Part shown: positions 23,601 to 36,959 of the stretch, in pieces
How positions within the stretch are numbered: position 1 is the first letter of the stretch
Layout of the letters: each line of letters begins with the position of its first letter
Source of the DNA: Chiloscyllium plagiosum
Lineage: Eukaryota
Length of the DNA stretch: 64,000 nt
NCBI RefSeq assembly: GCF_004010195.1
Contig: NC_057718.1
Location: 83,160,669-83,224,668, forward strand
Direction of reading: 5' to 3'
The notes under the pieces: generated by a model
The model's database searches: none
Seen by the model: the letters and a program-made list of their open reading frames with translations, nothing else
Told to the model about the DNA's origin: nothing
Program-made: the position numbers and the translations under genes

Positions 23601-25904
23601 CAATCGATTCAGGGGTTGGTAATTTCCTTACATGCAGAGAAAGCATTTTACCGGGTGGAATGGCCGTATCTTTTTTAAGTCTTCGGACAGTTTGGGTTGG
23701 GTGGAGGTTTCTTATCACCACCCTCTGGACGCGGTCGTCATCAACAGGGTGAAGTCTGGGAATTTTAGGATTGGTAGGGGTAGTCGGCAAGGCTGCCCCC
23801 TCTCACCGTTGTGGTTTATGTTGGTGATAGAGCCGCTGGCAGAGGCCATTCGTCAGAACATCCACATAACCGCTCCGGAAGTGGGATCGAGGGCACACAA
23901 GATTACACTGTAAGCAGATGATGTCCTGTTTTTATCGAACCCGATGACCTCCATACCCCATTTGATACAATGTATCAATTCAGTTGGGGCTATTTCAGGA
24001 TATAAGATTAACTTNNNNNNNNNNNNNNNNNNNNNNNNNNNNNNNNNNNNNNNNNNNNNNNNNNNNNNNNNNNNNNNNNNNNNNNNNNNNNNNNNNNNNN
24101 NNNNNNNNNNNNNNNNNNNNNNNNNNNNNNNNNNNNNNNNNNNNNNNNNNNNNNNNNNNNNNNNNNNNNNNNNNNNNNNNNNNNNNNNNNNNNNNNNNNN
24201 NNNNNNNNNNNNNNNNNNNNNNNNNNNNNNNNNNNNNNNNNNNNNNNNNNNNNNNNNNNNNNNNNNNNNNNNNNNNNNNNNNNNNNNNNNNNNNNNNNNN
24301 NNNNNNNNNNNNNNNNNNNNNNNNNNNNNNNNNNNNNNNNNNNNNNNNNNNNNNNNNNNNNNNNNNNNNNNNNNNNNNNNNNNNNNNNNNNNNNNNNNNN
24401 NNNNNNNNNNNNNNNNNNNNNNNNNNNNNNNNNNNNNNNNNNNNNNNNNNNNNNNNNNNNNNNNNNNNNNNNNNNNNNNNNNNNNNNNNNNNNNNNNNNN
24501 NNNNNNNNNNNNNNNNNNNNNNNNNNNNNNNNNNNNNNNNNNNNNNNNNNNNNNNNNNNNNNNNNNNNNNNNNNNNNNNNNNNNNNNNNNNNNNNNNNNN
24601 NNNNNNNNNNNNNNNNNNNNNNNNNNNNNNNNNNNNNNNNNNNNNNNNNNNNNNNNNNNNNNNNNNNNNNNNNNNNNNNNNNNNNNNNNNNNNNNNNNNN
24701 NNNNNNNNNNNNNNNNNNNNNNNNNNNNNNNNNNNNNNNNNNNNNNNNNNNNNNNNNNNTTGCCCAGCAGAGATCTTTTCCATTTTTTTTTAGGTTATGG
24801 ATTTCATCCAGAAGAAGACTATGCTTCTCACTAAGCCCTATAAGCCCGATACAGAGAGGTGGTTGCTACATTCCACAAGCACCTTTCGGTTAGTGCCCTC
24901 TATCGCCTGCTGGGTGGCAGGGCCTGGCAGGATATTAACTGGTTATGTGAGGTCTGGGAGCAAGAGCTAGGAGTGGAGATCTCTTCTGAAACATGGGAGA
25001 ACATATGGGAGAATACTCTAAAGATCTCAATCTGTAATAGGACACGCGCTATGCAGTTAAAAGTTCTGCACAGGGCTCATCTGGCACCAGACCGTCTGGC
25101 AAAGTTTAAAAAAGGGGCATCTTCAGTGTGCCCCAAATGTAAAATAAGTGTAGGTACTCTTACCCATTGCTTCTGGACATGCCACAGGCTCCGTTTTTAT
25201 TGAAGCACTGTGGGGGGAGAGATAGGGAGCGTATTGAGGATTGAAGTCAAAGTAGGCCCTTTATCTCTCCTCTTACCAAATTTACCATCTTTAGACGGGC
25301 ATGGGAAGAAACTATTTAATATTCTTGCACACTGTGCACGGAAGAATATTCTGATGAATTGGATGTCTGAGAACCTGCCGGGCTGGCTGGGATGGCAGAA
25401 ATTAATTATGGAGCACATTCCCTTCGACCTTTTCACAAACATGGTGCACCACACAACAGACCATTTTTATAAGACATGGCAGCCCTACTTGAGTTATTTG
25501 GATATAGCTTTGTCAGTTATCCTAACGAGGGCGTTTGTCTAACCAGGTTGGTTAGATTTGACAAGCCCTGGGCCCTAGAGAGGGGGTCTCCTGAGTTAAT
25601 AGGGGTATATATACATTGCTCCTGTTCCTTTGTTTGGGAGCTTTGCGCCGAGCATAGCTGTTCTGTATTTTGTGGGGTTTTTTTGGTTTTGGTACTTTTC
25701 TTTTTTTTTTGGTGTTGCTTTGCACAATGTTAGGGTTTGCTTTGTATTATAGGGTAAGTTAGTAGTTGGTAGACAGTATTTGGATTGTAATTTATGGGTT
25801 TTTTTGTTTTTATTATACTGATATTTGTTATTGATTGTATTTTTCAATAATTTTATCTGTTTGTAAAGTTAAAAAAATTTGCAAATAAATATATTTACAA
25901 AACC
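20620..25904 (+). mobile_element. Near full-length L1 LINE, inactivated; antisense within a kinase intron; N gap 24015-24759
   Basis: 5' GGGACTCGGCAAGATGGCGG; ORF1 about 20788-21667 (LENRGRRINLRI), ORF2 about 22270-25542 (KAPGPD, YRPISLLN, RQGCPLSP, CPKC..HCFWTC); AATAAA tail; 11-bp TSD AAATTATTTCA (20609-20619, 25905-25915). Confidence 0.93.
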
Positions 25905-26538
25905 AAATTATTTCAAAGCTTGTCAATGAAAGAATTCTCGGAGCAAGTGATTTTGTTTTGGTTCCTCACCTATGACTGAGATTCCCAGCTCTTCTGAACC
26001 ATGTCTCTTGCGAAAACAGGCAGACTCTATTGAAGTAGTGGAACACCTAAAATGGCCATTTGGTTATGAAGTAGACTCACCATCCACCCCTTTATCCTGG
26101 GACCATAACAATCCCATAAAGCTAGAATGGGGCAGGAATCCTTAGGATCAGACTGTCTACCTCATTTGGGAAGATTACCCTTGAGTATAGAGTTGGCCGT
26201 ATCTATAGAATCTGGTCTTTTGAATGAATTACTACTACTACATGGATAGGAAAATGAAATGGAGAGCACTGAAGTAACTGCAAAAGTAATTCATATCTTA
26301 ACTGCCTTTTTCCCACTGTTGCCTCTCTCTTACATTCAATCCTGTCCTCTGCCCCTCCTAAACATATCATGCAGCATTGAAGAATTCTTCTCATTGAGAA
26401 AAAAAGACCCAAGGAGACAGAGAAAAAGAAAGAGAGATGCTGCCTGACCTATTGAGTTTTTCCTAGATTTTCTGTAATTAGGAGATCTCATAGTGGTGGT
26501 AAACTTGGGAGAGAGAGGTTAGCAGCACGCCTATCCTT

Positions 26539-26846
26539 TAGATTAGATTCCCTACAGTGTGGAAACAGGCCCTTCGGCCCAACTAGTCCACACCGACCCT
26601 CCGAAGAGTAACCCACCCAGACCCATTTCCCTCTGACTAATGCACCTAATACTATGGGCAATTTAGCACAGCCAATCCACCTGACCTGTACATCTTTGGA
26701 CTGCGGGAGGAAACCGGAGCACCTGGAGGAAACCCACACAGACACAGGGAGAATGTGCAAACTCCACTCAGATGGCCGCCCAAGGCTGGAATCGAACCTG
26801 GGACCCTGGTGCTGTGAGGCAGCAGTGCTAACCACTGAGCCACCGT
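26539..26846 (-). mobile_element. HE1-type V-SINE
   Basis: A/B boxes, V core and CR1-like tail. Confidence 0.9.
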
Positions 26847-27141
26847 GAATATTTTCAGTACACTAAGATAAAGTTAAAAAGTTAAAAAGAACTTGGCTTT
26901 TAAAGTGATTATATTTGTATGGAATACTGTGATTTGCAAGCTCATGTGTACTCCACTCAGATGGCCGCCCAAGGCTAGAATCGAACCTGGGACCCTGGTG
27001 CTGTGAGGCAGCAGTGCTAACCACTGAGCCACCATGAATATTTTCAGTACACTAAGATAAAGTTAAAAAGTTAAAAAGAACTTGGCTTTTAAAGTGATTA
27101 TATTTGTATGGAATACTGTGATTTGCAAGCTCATGTGTACT
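26761..27141. repeat. 189-bp tandem duplication (SINE head plus unique flank)
   Basis: Unit 26761-26949 repeated from 26950 with two substitutions. Confidence 0.92.
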
Positions 27142-27184
27142 GTCAAAAGATGTATTATTATATCTTTAGTACTGCACAACTTAC

Positions 27185-27273
27185 CATATCCTCAGGATCT
27201 GGCTCTGGTAAATTAACACCCTGAAAAAATTGGTTATTCCTGAATATATGCTCATGTCTTGGGATGAGTTTAC
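27185..27273 (-). CDS. CDKL4: CDKL4-like coding exon (GKLIPRHEHIFRNNQFFQGVNLPEPDPEDM)
   Basis: tttcag acceptor, ATG|gtaag donor; 89 nt, phase 1 to 0; preceded by an 86-nt intron. Confidence 0.93.
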
Positions 27274-27339
27274 CTGAAAGAAAGTATGTGATAATTGTTA
27301 CATAGGCATCACAGTCATATCAACAAACATAAATGATTA

Positions 27340-27564
<225 letters not shown>

Positions 27565-27650
27565 TCAGGAAAAAAAAATTGATATAATTTCACATGAAAT
27601 GAAGCCTGAAGATGGAGTCTGAAAATTCACTTGTTGTAGCAGGTAGGTTT

Positions 27651-28735
27651 ATAAGACCATAAGACATAGGAGCAGAAATTAGGTCACAGTCAATTGAATC
27701 TGCTCCGCCATTCAATCATGGTTGATAAGTTTCTCAACCCCATTCTCCCGCTTTCTCCCCGTAACCCTTAATCTCTTTAATACTCAAGAACCTATCTATC
27801 TCAGTCTTAAATATACTCAAAGACCTGATAGCCTTCTGTGGCAATGAATTCCATAGATTCACTACTCTATGGCTGAAGAAGTTTCTCCTTATCTCTGTTC
27901 TTAAAAGGTCTTCCTTTTACTCTAAGGCTGTGCCCTCGGGTCCTAGTCTCTCCTACCAATGGAACCATCCTCCCAATGTTCACTCTGTCCTGGCCATTCA
28001 GTATTTTGTATGTTTCACTTAAATTCCCCCTCATCCTTCTAAACTCCATCGAATATTGACCCAGAGCCCTCAAATGTTCCTCATATGTTAAGCTTTTCAT
28101 TCCTGGGATCATTGTCGTCTACCTCCTCTGAACACGCTCCAAGGCAAATACATCCTTCCTAAGATATGGGGCCCAAAACTATGCACAATACTCCAAATGT
28201 GGTCTGAACAGATTGATATTGAGCCTCAAAAGTACATACCTGCTTTTAGATTCAAATCCTCTCAAAGTAAATGCCATCATTGCATTTGCCTTCTTAACTA
28301 CTGACTCAACCTGCAAGTTTACTTTGAGAGAATTCTGGATTTGAACTCCCAAGTTTCTTTGCACTTCAGACTTCTGAATTTTCTCCCCGTTTTGAATAGT
28401 CCATGCCTCTATTCTTCCTATCAAAGTGCATGGCCTCACACTTTCCCACATTGTACTCTTTCTGCCACTTCTTTGCCCACTCTCCTAACCTGTCCAAATC
28501 CTTCTGCAACCTCCCACCTCCTCAATGCTACCTGTCCCTCCACCTATCTTTGTATTGTCTGCAAATATAGCCAGAACGCCCTCAGTTCTTTCATCAAGAC
28601 CATTAAAGTACAAAGTGAAAAGCTGTGACCCCAACACTGAGCCTTGCGGAACACCACTTGTCACCGGCTGCCACCCTGAGAAAGACATTTTATCTCCACT
28701 CTCTGCTTTCTAATAGATAGCCAAGCTTCTATCCA
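27651..28735 (-). mobile_element. CR1-type LINE 3' 1.1 kb
   Basis: SGVPQGSVLG, FADNTKIGG, RPHLEYC; short-repeat tail (ATAAGACC). Confidence 0.9.
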
Positions 28736-29150
28736 TTAACAATTTGTTATAAAATCACATAAACCCAAACTAAATCATATATATGAACATACTTTAAATA
28801 ACTTTATCACAAAGTCGTATTATAAATCAAAAACAATTCCAATACAAGTAAATAATTTCAAGAAATAACCATTGCATTTATTTATTGTAGGTATCTTGCC
28901 ATTACATTTTCACTTTCAAATCCAAAGAGAGGTTTTTATAAAGGTCATGGTAACTCCAATTTTCCCTGACTTCTCATTTCTTTTTAGTTTTCTGCTCATT
29001 GAAAATAAGGATTATAAGGATAACCTGGCTCCTAATACTATTCAGAAACTGAATGCATAGAATCTCCAACAATGAACTAAAATTTATTTGATTGCTTTTC
29101 AATGTGTGATGATATATGCCTTTAAGATTTTATTTGGTTGCTTTCCAATA

Positions 29151-29667
29151 TGTAATGATATGTGCCTTTAAGAGATTTTTTTGTCCTGTTTCTCTTGAAG
29201 AGGGGCATTGGCACAATGTCTGCTTTGAAACAATGGATAAACAACTTTGAGCTCCCTCAGTAGTTTTTTTATTGAACAAAAGAAGTATGAATGGGTAGAG
29301 TCAGACTCACACAATCCCTGGGTTTTAGTTTTTCTTTCAGTTGGGGTTTATAGAGTTGAAGCTGATAGATACAGCTCTCTCTCTACTGCAGCCAAAAACA
29401 TGAGTTTGCTGTCTCTTTCAGTATTCCATTCTCCAGGACTGGAGACAACACATGAGAATATGTTTTACTGAATTTGCTTTTGCCAAGGGTGTGTTTATGA
29501 GATGCTGCAATATTGGAACAGTTCATGATTAGTAGTATATATAGTATTTTGTTAAATATTTTGATGGAATTAAATTTATGTTTTTTGTTTATATTTTAAC
29601 AAGATATAAGTCAAGGTCTAGGCTAGCTCCTTGATATATTTTGAGGGGTTTTGGTCTGGTCCATAAT
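29151..29667 (+). mobile_element. Solo-LTR-like repeat, with a ~46-bp tandem duplication at its left edge (29083-29173)
   Basis: Starts TGTAATGAT, ends near GGTCCATAATA; composition similar to 13382-14311. Confidence 0.4.
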
Positions 29668-29954
29668 AAATTATATTTGCTCAAGTCTATATCTAGGAAT
29701 TGAGTAAGAACACCATAGAGCTGGGCTGGAAAGTTGTCCAATGGCCAAGTTTGAGCTTTATCCCACTATAAGTGACACTTTCAGGTCTGAGGGGGAATCT
29801 TGTTTTATATTTAGTTTTGGTCATGATCAAGTAAACAAAGTATATTAATCAATTAATCCAACATAATAATTATCTCCTTAATTGTAATCAATATAGGGCA
29901 CTTGATTGGCTCTATAGTTTATTCCTTACTATTGAGACCCACTGCTTTAAATGT

Positions 29955-30170
29955 AAAGGTAACGTTTCCATAGTCCTATTGGACCATACAGCTACTCCTT
30001 CATTAGAGAGAGATGACTGTTGGTGGTTTAACATGAGGGTCACCACACTCATGTGAGGTGAGAGGTTGAGAAAGCGACTCCTTCATGGTAGCTTTGGCAG
30101 TGTGGAAACTGAGCCCCTGCTTTTGGTATCGCCGTGTATGGTAAAACCAGCTGTCCAGCCAACTGAACCT
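29955..30170 (-). mobile_element. tRNA-derived SINE of a second family
   Basis: Minus strand starts GGTTCAGTTGGCTGG (A-box-like) with a degenerate B box; about 215 bp. Confidence 0.5.
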
Positions 30171-30914
30171 TCTTCCTCTGCTGTACTTTATGGCTTAATT
30201 ACAGAGTAAATGCTGCAGGCCTGCCAAGGTTGAATTAACATACCTACTCCCCTTTGATATTGAGACATGGCCATTTTGTTGATGCGTATGCAGTGTGTTT
30301 GCCAAAGTAGGTTTCTGGCACTGTTGTAGGTGTGACTTTGAGATAAAACAGTGCCACACAACAAACAGACCACTCCTTCACCTGATGATTGCTGACAACC
30401 ATGACAAGCTCCCTGACCTTTTGTCTGCACTGAAGAGTAAGGCAAGAAAGGAATATTGTGAGCTTTAAGATCTGATTGAAGGGGCAACATGCAAAATGGC
30501 AAGGCAAGGCAGAGGTGCTGTAAGCATCCAGATGTGCACTAAGTGAGTAGAGGAATGAGTGAGTAGCTCTGAGACACTCCCTGGTCCTGTCCATGAGCTG
30601 GGTGCATGTCCCTGCACATAAAGTGCCTCTACGACAGCATTGCAATGAATGCAAAGAGTACTCCAAAAAGCAACATTAAAGTTCAGAAGTGTATTATAAT
30701 TGGATCAGTGATGTACCACGATGACGCGATGAGCTTAGTACATGCCGGATGCCAACATCCATGGACCTTAACATTAATTGTATAAGTAGTGCCCTGATTT
30801 GTCTTTCCAAAATGAAACACCACACGTTTATCTAAATTAAATTGTATCAGCCACTCCTTGGACCACTGGCTGATCTGATCAAGAGCCGTTTTAACCTCAA
30901 AGAAGTTAAAAAAT

Positions 30915-31600
30915 AGGTCCTCTAAGGGTAGTAATATCTGGATTACGCTGGTGCCATTTGCTTATCCAAGTAGGAATGGGAGGACAGAGCAGATGAATGT
31001 GAGATTGAGGAGCTGGTGCAGGGGAGAAGGATTCACGTTTTTGAGTCATTGGAATCTCTTCTGCGGTAGAAGTGATCTGTATAAGGACAGATTGCACCTG
31101 AATTGGAAGGGGACTAATATACTGACAGGGAGATTTGCTAGTGCTACTCCAGAGGCTTTCAACCAGTAAGACGGAGGGACACAAAGATAGTAAGAAAAAA
31201 GATAAGTCTGGTTCAGTAGAAAAAAGGAGCAAGTCAAATAGTCAAGGCAGGCAGGAGCAAGGCAGAGAACAAGGTGGGACTGATTAGTTAAACTGCATTT
31301 ATTTCAATGCAAGAAGCTTGACAGATAAGGCTTATGAACTCAGGACATGGATGGGATCATGGGTCTAGGATATCATAGCTATTACAGAAAAGTGGCTCAG
31401 GGATGGATAGGACTGGCAACTTAATGTTCCAGAGCACAGATGCAATAGGAAGGTTAGAAAGGGGGGCAAGAGTGGAGGGGGAGTGGTGTTTTTGGTTAGG
31501 GAAAACATTATGGCTGTACTTAGAGAAGACATTCCAGGAAGTAAGTCCAGTGAAGTTATTTGGGTGAACTGAGAAATAAGAAAGGGATGATCACCTTATT
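30915..31600 (+). mobile_element. CR1-type 5' region: ORF1 SGNH-esterase end and ORF2 endonuclease start
   Basis: MNVRLRSWCRGEGFTFLSHW..DRLHLNWKGTNIL followed by LNCIYFNARSL..DIIAITE.WL. Confidence 0.8.
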
Positions 31601-31619
31601 TTATTTTGAGATGGCTGAA

Positions 31620-32700
31620 AAGTTGTTCCCCTTTCATTTGGGTGTTACTTATGCAGGTCCAATAGTGAAAGTTATACAACAACAAACATCTTAACAATAC
31701 AAGTAAAGATATATTTACAAAAGTGAAAGGTATGCCACCTTTTTTCCCTCATACATTTTGTTTTGCTTCTTTTCCAACTCCAAGAGATTGGATAGTCACA
31801 ACCTCTTCAGCTGAGGTGGAGGTAGCCTGCTCTGTGGTTGGGCTTGTTAGATTGGAAGACTTGGACAGTCATCCCCTGGTGCCTTTGGATCTAGAGAATT
31901 CAGGCCTACTGAAAGTCTCCTGCACAGATGCAGACTCACCCTCCTCAGCTTGAATTGCTGCAGACTTTGACGTCACAGCCAAGGAGAGGTAGACGAGCTC
32001 AGCACACCTGGAGAATCTTGAGAAGAAGCATCTGGGTCCAGCATATTGCTCTTCCTCCAACTGGCTAGATGATGGCACTACCTGGGAGGAAGATACACCT
32101 GGAGTGAGAAACAAGCTCCTTGACCCCTCTTGCTTTGTAGTCATGGTAGAGACCCAGCACAATACCAATAACATCAGTGGTGGACTCCTCCTTTCTTAGA
32201 TTCAGCTTACCAAGCGCTTCTGATAAATTTGTTTGATGTTCCTGCGCCTGTCTGTGCATTGACAAAATCATCAATGGATGTGAACAAGGACCTGTTTTGT
32301 GCCTAGAGTTGAATAGATGGCCGATCTCCAGTAGTTTTCTGAGTGCCAGAGACCTGGAATGTTTCTTCTTTGACCAGCTGCAGAGACATATCAGTGGTGC
32401 CTGCACATCCAGGATCCTGCTTCACCAGAACACAGCACTAACCTGGGCTCCTGTGCTGGCCACCTGGAAAAAGGACTGCATCTTTCCACCAAGATATTTA
32501 GCTTCCTGTTCACAAAGTGGAGAGCAAACTTTCCTTCCCTCTGGATCATGTACTGAAAGTAGACGTTCAAGTACAACAGTGTTCCTGGCTTACAACATCT
32601 GAAGTGGTGCAACTAGCCTTTAAATACAGCATAAGCAGCACATATGCCTGAAGATCCTGGCAGTGGTGAGTATTTTCATTTTTCACAGGGAAGCACAATT
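31620..32700 (-). mobile_element. Possible Harbinger/Myb-SANT-type DNA transposon relic
   Basis: Decayed coding-like sequence with ALHFVNRKLNILVE resembling Myb/SANT-like N-termini; weak. Confidence 0.3.
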
Positions 32701-32973
32701 CCCTGAGAACATCCAGAAGTGCTTGGTTTAATAATTAATGAGGCAAAGTGCAGGAGATTGCAAGAGGTAAGTCTTGGCAAACCAGTCACTGTGAATCTTA
32801 CTCGACAAAATACTTTTAACAATAAGGGGAAATTTCACAGAATTCAAATTTACATTATACCAGGTTAGAGGGTATGTCAAGTGATTAAAAACTTAGAAAA
32901 AGGTTAGAAATAGGAATAACCCCTCAATATTTGTTTTTCTATATATAATACTTGTCAATATAAAAATGTCTTA

Positions 32974-33213
<240 letters not shown>

Positions 33214-33422
33214 TTAATATTATTTTAAAACTAGGCACAATTACAATCTTTAAATATGTTATTAATATTTAATCTACCACACATTGTATTTGTTGCATCA
33301 TCTTTCACAGTTCTCAAAGTTTTCTCTTGTCAACTGCTAAGTTGAAAACTTTAATATTTTTGGAAAAAACAACATATCTCCTCATAAGATTTTATGTTGT
33401 CAAATCAATCTAATACTGAGAT

Positions 33423-33732
33423 ACGGTGGCATAGTGGTTAGCACTGCTGCCTCACAGCGCCAGAGACCCGGGTTCAATTCCCGCCTCAGGCGACTCTCTG
33501 TGTGGAGTTTGCACGTTCTCCCCGTGTCTGCGTGGGTTTCCTCCGGGTGCTCCGGTTTCCTCCCACATTCCAAAAATGTGCAGGTCAGGTGAATTGGCCA
33601 TGCTAAATTGCCCATAGAGTTAGGTATATTAGTCAGAGGGGAAATGGGTCTGGGTGGGTTGCGCTTCGGTGGGTCGGTGTGGACTTGTTGGGCCGAAGGG
33701 CCTGTTTCCATACTGTAGGGAATCTAATCTAA
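33423..33732 (+). mobile_element. HE1-type V-SINE
   Basis: A/B boxes, V core, tail AATCTAATCT. Confidence 0.92.
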
Positions 33733-33780
33733 AAACAATTTGATTGTCAGAATAATGGTACAAATTTAATAATGACTCAC

Positions 33781-33853
33781 ATTGCGCTTGTGACAAAAAT
33801 TAATCGCTTGAAGCATCTGCCACATGATGTTTTTAACCATTGTTTCTGGTAAC
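33781..33853 (-). CDS. CDKL4: CDKL4-like coding exon ([25 protein letters not shown])
   Basis: tag acceptor, AAT|gtgag donor; 73 nt, phase 2 to 0; helix E of the kinase. Confidence 0.93.
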
Positions 33854-34084
33854 CTAAACCAGGAAGACATTAATCACCTTCAGAATAAGTGACAATATTT
33901 TCAAAATCTTAAACATTTTATATTGCAAAATAGATTTTTTTATTGTTTGTATATTGCAAGTATTCCAGATATTCTAATTTTTGGATTTTATTCTTCAATT
34001 CATTAGAAACCCAATTCATAAAACTGCTTTTAGTGCTTCCAATAGCAAATTCAAAGTCTAAAAAGGAATCTAAGTAATTTAAAA

Positions 34085-34660
34085 TCACAACTTATATTTA
34101 TATAGTACCTTTAACATAATAAAAGTGTTCAAGGTGCTTAGAGGAGAATCATAAAGTAAAATTTGATACTGAGCTGCAGGGAAAATATTTAGTCAGAAGA
34201 CCAAAAGCTTCATCACAGTTTGATTTAAAGGAGAATAATTGGAGAGTAATTGTGATAGATGAGAGAATAAGTTGAGGTGAAGTTAATACTAAAGTGGAAG
34301 CAGGTAGTGTTTGTATATCATGGGTACGTGGTCAGAAGCTCATGAAAGGGTCAGTTATGATAATAAGAAAGTGAATAGTTTGGTCAGCCTAATCAGATGC
34401 CAGGGAGGGGTCAATAACAATAGGTGTCTGAGACCATAATGGTTTGGCAAAACACAATGGTTTAGTCTTCCCAATATTTAAATGGAGGAAATTTCTGTTC
34501 ACCTAGTATTGGATATGGTTAAGTAGCCTGCTAATTTAAAGACAGTAGAGGAATCGAGAGGGTTGATGAAATGAAAGATAATGAAGTGGGTGTGGATAGG
34601 GAAATCATCGCCGATGATCATTTTGCTACAATTATATAGATAAGAATGGAACCAGATTCA
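34085..34660 (-). mobile_element. Old L2-type LINE 3' fragment
   Basis: CAACTTATATTTATATAG tail signature and decayed RT-like sequence. Confidence 0.45.
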
Positions 34661-36959
34661 GTTTAAAATAATTGAAAGTATAGATCAATTTCAAACTCTG
34701 GAAAAAAAGGTAACCACAAATGGGGATATCTTCAAAAGTGTCATAAATTTGGCAGAGAGATAAATGATAAGTGCGCACACATGTCTAAGGTTCTGCATGG
34801 ACTATGATTAGTTATGGATAGATGGAATGAGGTACCATATGGTTAAAATAGTATGATTAGATCAAGACAACTTTTCAAATGAATAAAAGAGTTTGATTTG
34901 TATTTATGATTTTGCAGACAAGTAATTTCTAAACTCACCACTCCATTAGAAAATGGATCAAGATGAGATTGGTCAGGGTTACAGCTGGAGAGGGTATGAA
35001 GTAAACATTGTAAGCTTCAAAAGGAGGGGAAGTCGCTGATTAAGCTTAAGCTTACTTACTTTATGCTCTGCCATTAACAATGTAAGATGTTACAAAGCAC
35101 TGGTTACTGATAAAATTTGATGCCGAGCCATGTTAGGGGAGGTCAAGGAGGTAGGTTTTAAAAAGTCAAAGCAAATTATCATGGAAAATTGTGTATTGTG
35201 TTTTGCAGATTGCTCAGCAATGACAGCATTTACAAAAAACATCCACACTTTAGCAAAAGAAGTGAAGAGAAGAAAGGAGTTCTAATCCACCACTATGCAA
35301 TTGAAGCGATATCCCTTCAAAACTGTAAATTAAGGCAGACCGAAGTCAAACCGTTTAACAGAGACACTGTGGTGGAAAAAAATATAAACAGGTTAAGCAA
35401 AGATCAAGAGTCCAGTCCAGAAGGATAGGTTAAATTGCCTCACTTTATTTTGTGATTTCTAGCATTGACGACATGTCTCTAGAGTGACAGACATTCTTTG
35501 TTTTGAAGGTTGATCAGGTGGACCTGGATTTTCTCACTCTAGAATTCTCTCTTTTAAACTTTCTTGATTTTTCCCCACACACGGAGGGAAGTAGAGATGA
35601 TTTTTTTTTTGTTTGCAGACTCTGGAAGATTTTTTTCCTCTACTGCTTTGGCACTTTCAAATATATAACATTTTACAGTTCAACAAATTAGAGGGCTCTT
35701 GTCAGGAAAATTTCCTTAACTCAAAGACTGTAAGTGTAATTCAGTTTCAAATTCTTTCACTTTCAATTTCAAAAAGCAATGTTGTATTGCACAGCCTAAA
35801 AATCATACCCCACTCAATATTTTTACATTGCAAACAGTCCAATCTTTGTTTCAGTTCATAGTCTCAAAAAAAGAAAATAAGTGATCTTTTACAAACAATC
35901 CACACATCCCTAATTGCTCACTGCATTTGGATTCCAAACTAAAATACTTTAAATCCAAGAGATGAGATAGAGTCCTGTAATTTCTACTGGATGTTGAATA
36001 TAACCACAAGGTCTTTAACTCAAGAACAAGTAGGAAGAAATTGGCTTCTAAATGGGGTCAAATTGCTGGGTGTTTTCACAGACCTACACTGTCAGTTGCT
36101 GAAATAGCTTGCAGTGAAAATTACAGGACTTTCTCTTTCAGTAAGAGACAAATCGCAAACCAAAACTAACTACAAGCTCTCATTCTCTCAGTGAAATAGT
36201 TTGAAACCTGATACAGGTCAAATATCTAGACTTCCATACGTTTCCCATCTGAAACTGAAATCTGGTCTGAAGATTTTCCATCACTCTGCAATTAGCAGTA
36301 ATTTCTTCTTGTCGACAGGGTATCACAGTGTTGAGAGGTTAACCCATTCTATGTTCTGAATTTGTACCCTTGACTCAAGGATGTTATTCTTTTTTGTCCA
36401 TTTTTTCAAATCCAAGATATTGCTGCAGAGCTGTTGTTTTGTCTTGTCTGTATATGATTGCACATGCTTTGGATTATGGGATTATAGTTTAATTTTAAAT
36501 AAGAATTTAGTTGTTAACCACTTTTCCTTCTTGTTTATAATAAGTTATTTTTAATTCCTTCAAGAAGCTTAATGGACACCTATTTTACTTTGAATAGCAG
36601 TACAAAAGAGAGACAAAGTGAATATTTTGATAGTTCAATAAACCATTTACAATTTCAATATGGGCCATGGAATAGTGATTATCAGTGCACTCCTCCTGAC
36701 AGAATCAATAACAATTAAAATACATTTGCCACTTAGCTGTACATCCTGTTAACAATCAAGGAACTTGTACGATCTTTTTGTTGAAAATATATATTTTATT
36801 TAAGGACTACCTGAAAAAACTGGAAGGTATCAAGATGGTTGGAACTGTTCTGGATTAAATAGTTTGTTTTATGAAGGGTATGATTAGAACCCTTATGATT
36901 TCTAGGAAATTAGCACATTTAGGAATGAAACCATTTGGATCACCCAATAATGATAATAA

